A stretch of 64,000 nt of DNA from Bacilli bacterium (GTDB lineage: Bacteria > Bacillota_I > Bacilli_A > ML615J-28 > CAG-313): NCBI GenBank assembly GCA_045119035.1, contig JBGVCU010000036.1:9060-73059 (forward strand), written 5' to 3'. The position numbers and the translations under genes are program-made. This document shows, one piece after another, positions 59,894 to 64,000 of this stretch. Positions within the stretch are counted from its first letter, which is position 1. Each line of letters opens with the position of its first letter. The notes under the pieces were generated by a model. That model was given only the letters and a program-made list of their open reading frames with translations, did no database searches and had not been told where the DNA came from.

Positions 59894-61297
59894 TTGTTAC
59901 CACTCAGGTCGATAATGTTTGGATTATTTTTAAACGGAGCTAACGCTGATCCAACATTAATTACAATTATAGTTATTGCTCTAATATTTTTAATAATGTG
60001 CTCTGCATTTTTCTCTTCATGTGAAACAGGGTTTTCAACTGCAAACCAATTACGATTAAAAACATTCCTTGAAGAAAAAAGAAAAGGAGCCAAAAAAGCA
60101 CTGTATATTACAGAAAATTACGATCGTACATTGTCAACAATTTTAGTTGGGAATAACTTAGTAAATATTGCAGGTACAACTATAGCCGCAATTTTATTTA
60201 ATAGAATTATTCCTGGAGAAGCTCTTGCCAATGTTTTAAATACCGTAATTATGACAGTATTGATTTTAATCTTTGGTGAAATTTTACCTAAGACTATTGC
60301 AAAAGCAAATCCTGAAAAATTTGCATTACGTTTTTCTGGATTACTTTATGTTTTAATGAAGATTCTTTATCCAATTGTTGTTTGCTTTATGGCACTACAA
60401 AAACTTGTATCACGTAAAAAAGGTGAACAAATAACAATGACTGAAGAAGAGTTAGAATCTATCATTGATACAATGGTTCAAGAAGGTGAAATTGATGACG
60501 AAGATGCTGAATTAATGCATGGAATGATTGAATCAAACTATAGAACAGTTTATGATATCATGGTTCCACGTGTTGATATGATAGCAATTAAACTTGGTAT
60601 GTCTATAGAAGAAATCAAAAATATTTTCTTTCAATACAAATTTTCAAGAGTTCCTGTATATAAAGAAGATAAAGATAATATTATTGGTATTTTAAATGAG
60701 AGAGATTTCTTTGAAGCTTTAATTGAACAAAGAGAAATAGATATAGAAAAAATGATTTCTAAACCTTTATATGTATCTTTAAGTATGAAGTCTGATGACT
60801 TAATTAGAAAGATGCAAAAAGAAAAGAAACATTTTGCCATCGTAACTGACGAATATGGTGGAACTGATGGAATTGTTACATTAGAAGATGCTATTGAAGT
60901 TATTACTGGTGAAATATACGATGAACATGATGAAGTGGAAGAAGAAGAAATTAAAAAACTTGAAGATGATTCTTATTTAATTGATTCTGAAATGTCACTT
61001 GATGATTTATTTGAATTATTAAAATTAGGACAAACTCCTGAAAGTAGATACTCAGATGTGGGTGGATTTATCTACGGTTTAGCAGATGAATTACCTGAAA
61101 TTGGTCAAACACTAGATTATAAAACAGCTATATATAAACAAGATGAAGATGGTATGACCGAAGAGTTCTTTTTAAATCTACACTTTACAATAACTGATGT
61201 TGTTGAAAGAAGAATTAAACAAGTTAAATTAGAAATTAGCGAAATTAATCCAGAAGAATCTGATGATTCTAAAGATGAAGATTTAAAAGAAGAATAA
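59894..61297 (+). CDS. CNNM/CorC-family (DUF21 TM domain + CBS pair + CorC_HlyC) putative Mg2+/Co2+ transporter, hemolysin-C-like
   Basis: N-terminal 4-TM DUF21. CBS pair. C-terminal CorC_HlyC-like domain with an acidic tail. Start uncertain: TTG at 59894 or ATG at 59915. Confidence 0.75.
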   Translation: MLPLRSIMFGLFLNGANADPTLITIIVIALIFLIMCSAFFSSCETGFSTANQLRLKTFLEEKRKGAKKALYITENYDRTLSTILVGNNLVNIAGTTIAAILFNRIIPGEALANVLNTVIMTVLILIFGEILPKTIAKANPEKFALRFSGLLYVLMKILYPIVVCFMALQKLVSRKKGEQITMTEEELESIIDTMVQEGEIDDEDAELMHGMIESNYRTVYDIMVPRVDMIAIKLGMSIEEIKNIFFQYKFSRVPVYKEDKDNIIGILNERDFFEALIEQREIDIEKMISKPLYVSLSMKSDDLIRKMQKEKKHFAIVTDEYGGTDGIVTLEDAIEVITGEIYDEHDEVEEEEIKKLEDDSYLIDSEMSLDDLFELLKLGQTPESRYSDVGGFIYGLADELPEIGQTLDYKTAIYKQDEDGMTEEFFLNLHFTITDVVERRIKQVKLEISEINPEESDDSKDEDLKEE

Positions 61298-61359
61298 TTT
61301 GTTATATAAGGTGGTACATTGATACTGCCTTTTTTTATAAATAAAAGGGAGGAAAAAAT

Positions 61360-62754
61360 ATGAAAAATTCTTTAACAAAACAACAGAAAAAAGAAATTTT
61401 AGAAATTCTTTTATCTACTGGTGGAGAATTTGCTGAAGTATTTATGGAAGATACTACATCTGAAACATTAGAGATGTATTCTGGAAATATTTCAAGATCA
61501 GATGTTTCTCAAACTAGTGGAGCAGCTGTTAGAATTATAAAAAATAATGTGGAAGTAAATACGTCTGTTACAGATTATAGTTACGAAAATTTAATTAAAG
61601 TAGCAGATGAACTTTCAAAATCATTTGATGGAGAAAAAACTACTGAAGTAAGTGAATTCAAAGAAATTAAAATTCCTGAATATGTAAAAGTTGTTAAACC
61701 TTGTAAAGGAGATAACTCTGAAGAACTTGCAATTATGGAAGAAATCACTAGAGGTGCTAAAGATTATAGTGATAAAGTAGTACAAGTTCAAGTTGTTTTC
61801 TGGAAAAAAATCCAAGATATGGAAGTTTTTGCTAATGATGGAACAAACGTTGCTGACCATAGAAATAATATGCGTGTAAGTGGTGTTGCAATCGCAAAAG
61901 ATGGAGATAAGATGCAAAGTAATCATGCTTCTCACGGACGTAACGCCGGAATGGAAATGTTTGATGGATTTGATGCTTATGCATTTGGTCAAAAAATCGC
62001 AAGAGACGCTGTTTTAATGCTTGATGCTATTGACATGCCTGGTGGAGATATTCCTGTAGTAATCGATAATGGTTTTGGAGGAGTTATTCTACATGAAGCT
62101 TGCGTACACGGATTAGAAGCAACATCTGTAGCTAAAGGTTTAAGTGTGTTCTGTGGTAAACTTGGTGAAAAAATTGCAAGTGATATTGTTAATGCAGTTG
62201 ATGAAGGTGTTTCAGAAGGTGAATGGGGTTCAATCAACGTAGATGATGAAGGAACTGTATCTCAATACCGTACATTAATTGAAAATGGTGTTTTAAAATC
62301 ATATTTAGTTGATAAACGTAATTCTAAAATTATGAATCATCCTATTACTGGTTCTTCACGTCGTCAAAGTTATAAATTCCAAACTACTTCACGTATGACT
62401 AATACATATTTTTTACCTGGTAAAGATAAATTCGAAGATATTATTGCAAGTGTTAAGTATGGATTATATGCTAAAGAAATGGGTGGAGGAAGTGTAAGTC
62501 CATCTACAGGAGAATTTAACTTTGCTGTTAATGTTGGTTATTTAATTGAAGATGGAAAAATTACAAAACCTGTAAAAGGTGCTACACTTGTTGGTTCTGG
62601 TAAAGACGTACTTTTAAGAGTTGAAATGATTTCAGATAATTTAGCTCATGCTCAAGGTATGTGTGGTTCTATGAGTGGAAGTGTTCCAACAAACGTAGGA
62701 CAACCTACAATTAAACTATCTCATATGGTAGTTGGTGGAAAAGGAGGTAACTAA
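61360..62754 (+). CDS. tldD: TldD-family zinc metalloprotease
   Basis: HEACVHGLE (HExxxH) motif. 464 aa. Strong RBS GGGAGG. Confidence 0.8.
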   Translation: MKNSLTKQQKKEILEILLSTGGEFAEVFMEDTTSETLEMYSGNISRSDVSQTSGAAVRIIKNNVEVNTSVTDYSYENLIKVADELSKSFDGEKTTEVSEFKEIKIPEYVKVVKPCKGDNSEELAIMEEITRGAKDYSDKVVQVQVVFWKKIQDMEVFANDGTNVADHRNNMRVSGVAIAKDGDKMQSNHASHGRNAGMEMFDGFDAYAFGQKIARDAVLMLDAIDMPGGDIPVVIDNGFGGVILHEACVHGLEATSVAKGLSVFCGKLGEKIASDIVNAVDEGVSEGEWGSINVDDEGTVSQYRTLIENGVLKSYLVDKRNSKIMNHPITGSSRRQSYKFQTTSRMTNTYFLPGKDKFEDIIASVKYGLYAKEMGGGSVSPSTGEFNFAVNVGYLIEDGKITKPVKGATLVGSGKDVLLRVEMISDNLAHAQGMCGSMSGSVPTNVGQPTIKLSHMVVGGKGGN

Positions 62755-62755
62755 G

Positions 62756-64000
62756 ATGGATTTAAAGAAATTAATTAATCGTGGAATTGAACTTGGACTT
62801 TCTGAAATTGAAATTTATTCAAGTGAAAGTTTAAATAAAAACATTAAAGTTGAAAATGGTAGATTAGATTCGTTAAATACAAAAGTAATCTCTGGTCATT
62901 CTATTCGTGGTAAATATAACGGTAAAATGGGATATGTTTATTATGAAAATATTACAGAAGATATGTTTGATGAAATCATCAATAAAATTATCTTAAATGC
63001 AAAAATGATCACATCAAATGAAGAAGAAATTTTATTTGATGGTAATGCTGAATATCAAGAAGTAATTAACGAACCAACAAATGCAAATAGTTATACTAAT
63101 TTAGATAAAACAAATTTACTTATTGAACTTGAAGGAAAATTAAAAGAAGTAGACTCACGTATTGTTAAAGTTGCTCATAACAGCTATATGGAAAATGTGT
63201 CAACAACAAGAATTATTAATTCAAAAGGATTAGATTTAAAACGTGAACTTGCTTATTTAGGTGCTGTATGTGGTGTCTTAGCATTTGAAAATGGTCAAAG
63301 CACTGTTGGTTATTCTCAAAGCATTGCTAAAGATTTTAGTAAAATCGATAAAGATTTACTTATTAAAGAATCTACTAGCACTGCATTAAATGCATTAAAT
63401 GCTGGTAGCGCAAAAACTGGTTTTTATGAAACTGTATTAAATAGAGATTGTATGTCACAATTATTAAGTGCATTTACTGGGATTTTTTCTTCAGAAGCAG
63501 CACTTAAGAAAATGACTAAATTAATTGGTAAGGAAGGAGAAAAAATCTTTGGTGATAATATCACAATTACTGAAGATCCATTCCATCCAAACGCAGTTGC
63601 AAAAATCAATTTTGATGATGAAGGTTATCCAACAAAAACTAAAAACATTGTTGAAAATGGAGTATTTACAACATTCCTATACAATTTAAAAACTGCTCAA
63701 GTATTTGGTAAAAAATCTACTGGTAACGGATTTAAAGCAGGAACATCAGCTCCTGTAAGAGTTTCAACTACTACTGTTTATTTACAACCAGGTCAAAGAA
63801 CAGAAGAAGAATTAATCGCTTCAATTGAAGATGGAATTTATATTACAGATATTTCAGGTCTACATGCTGGTCTTGATATTATTAGTGGAGATTTTAATGT
63901 TCAATCTTCTGGTAGATTAATTAAAAACGGAAAACTTGCTGATGCTGTAACTTTATTTGTTGTATCTGGTAACTACTATGAAATGATGAATAATGTTGTT
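62756..64000 (+). CDS. pmbA: PmbA/TldE-family protein, 3' end truncated by window edge
   Basis: ATG at 62756 after an AAAGGAGG RBS. Open frame runs to the end of the window (MDLKKLINRGIELGLSEIEIYSSES...). Forms the typical tldD-pmbA pair. Absent from the track because no stop falls in the window. Confidence 0.7.
   Translation, partial: MDLKKLINRGIELGLSEIEIYSSESLNKNIKVENGRLDSLNTKVISGHSIRGKYNGKMGYVYYENITEDMFDEIINKIILNAKMITSNEEEILFDGNAEYQEVINEPTNANSYTNLDKTNLLIELEGKLKEVDSRIVKVAHNSYMENVSTTRIINSKGLDLKRELAYLGAVCGVLAFENGQSTVGYSQSIAKDFSKIDKDLLIKESTSTALNALNAGSAKTGFYETVLNRDCMSQLLSAFTGIFSSEAALKKMTKLIGKEGEKIFGDNITITEDPFHPNAVAKINFDDEGYPTKTKNIVENGVFTTFLYNLKTAQVFGKKSTGNGFKAGTSAPVRVSTTTVYLQPGQRTEEELIASIEDGIYITDISGLHAGLDIISGDFNVQSSGRLIKNGKLADAVTLFVVSGNYYEMMNNVV

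Noticed and set aside
61621-62237. Two minus-strand ORFs (123 and 82 aa) inside tldD
   Set aside because: Antisense to a gene with a clear HExxxH metalloprotease motif and strong RBS. No independent support.
1-64000. Searched for CRISPR arrays, tRNA/rRNA genes, integrases or transposases, and prophage hallmarks
   Set aside because: No regularly spaced direct repeats, no cloverleaf-compatible tRNA candidates noticed, and no recombinase-like ORFs. The window appears to be core chromosome.

Overview
This 64 kb window reads as a core chromosomal segment of a very AT-rich, standard-genetic-code Firmicute, with no obvious mobile element, CRISPR array, rRNA or tRNA. The organism assignment is inference. 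SpoIVA, YqfC/YqfD and a GerM-like protein indicate a spore-former. Very long PotA and PotD proteins and compact, fused operons suggest an Erysipelotrichia-like or otherwise Mollicutes-related reduced genome. About 60 genes are packed, mostly on the + strand, in blocks syntenic with Bacillus subtilis. The gene order is: hisS-aspS; comEB; a ylbL-like PDZ/Lon protease; lspA-rluD; rnhC (minus strand); mutS2-trxA; two tandem YwaF-like membrane proteins; an orphan Fic protein; ntdp; spoIVA-hup; a CPBP protease (minus strand); a GerM-like protein; rdgB; rpsU; yqfC-yqfD-phoH-ybeY-cdd-era-(yqzL-like)-recO; rnfCDGEAB plus a duplicated-domain lipoprotein; glyQS; dnaG-rpoD-trmK; a ferredoxin (minus strand); yneF; glgCDA; a yhbD-like HTH protein, a bactofilin and a membrane protein; plsY (minus strand); parE-parC; a cmk-S1 fusion; der-gpsA; a beta-lactamase-fold hydrolase; a cupin-HTH regulator with potABCD; an ECF sigma/anti-sigma pair; a CNNM/CorC transporter; and a tldD/pmbA pair that runs off the 3' edge. 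The most unusual locus is the Rnf cluster. Its RnfG carries two FMN-attachment motifs, its RnfB is truncated to about 100 aa, the 20-nt gene junction is duplicated, and the adjacent lipoprotein has two FMN-binding-like repeats. Together these suggest a flavin-based extracytoplasmic electron-transfer module. Other notable points: an orphan Fic AMPylase, a Cmk-S1 in-frame fusion, Pot proteins with extra domains, a bactofilin cluster, and two palindromes in the plsY/parE promoter region. Two small genes, rpsU and a yqzL-like ORF, are missing from the ORF track. Coordinates I derived by hand (promoters, terminators, small ORFs, revised starts) may be off by 1-3 nt.
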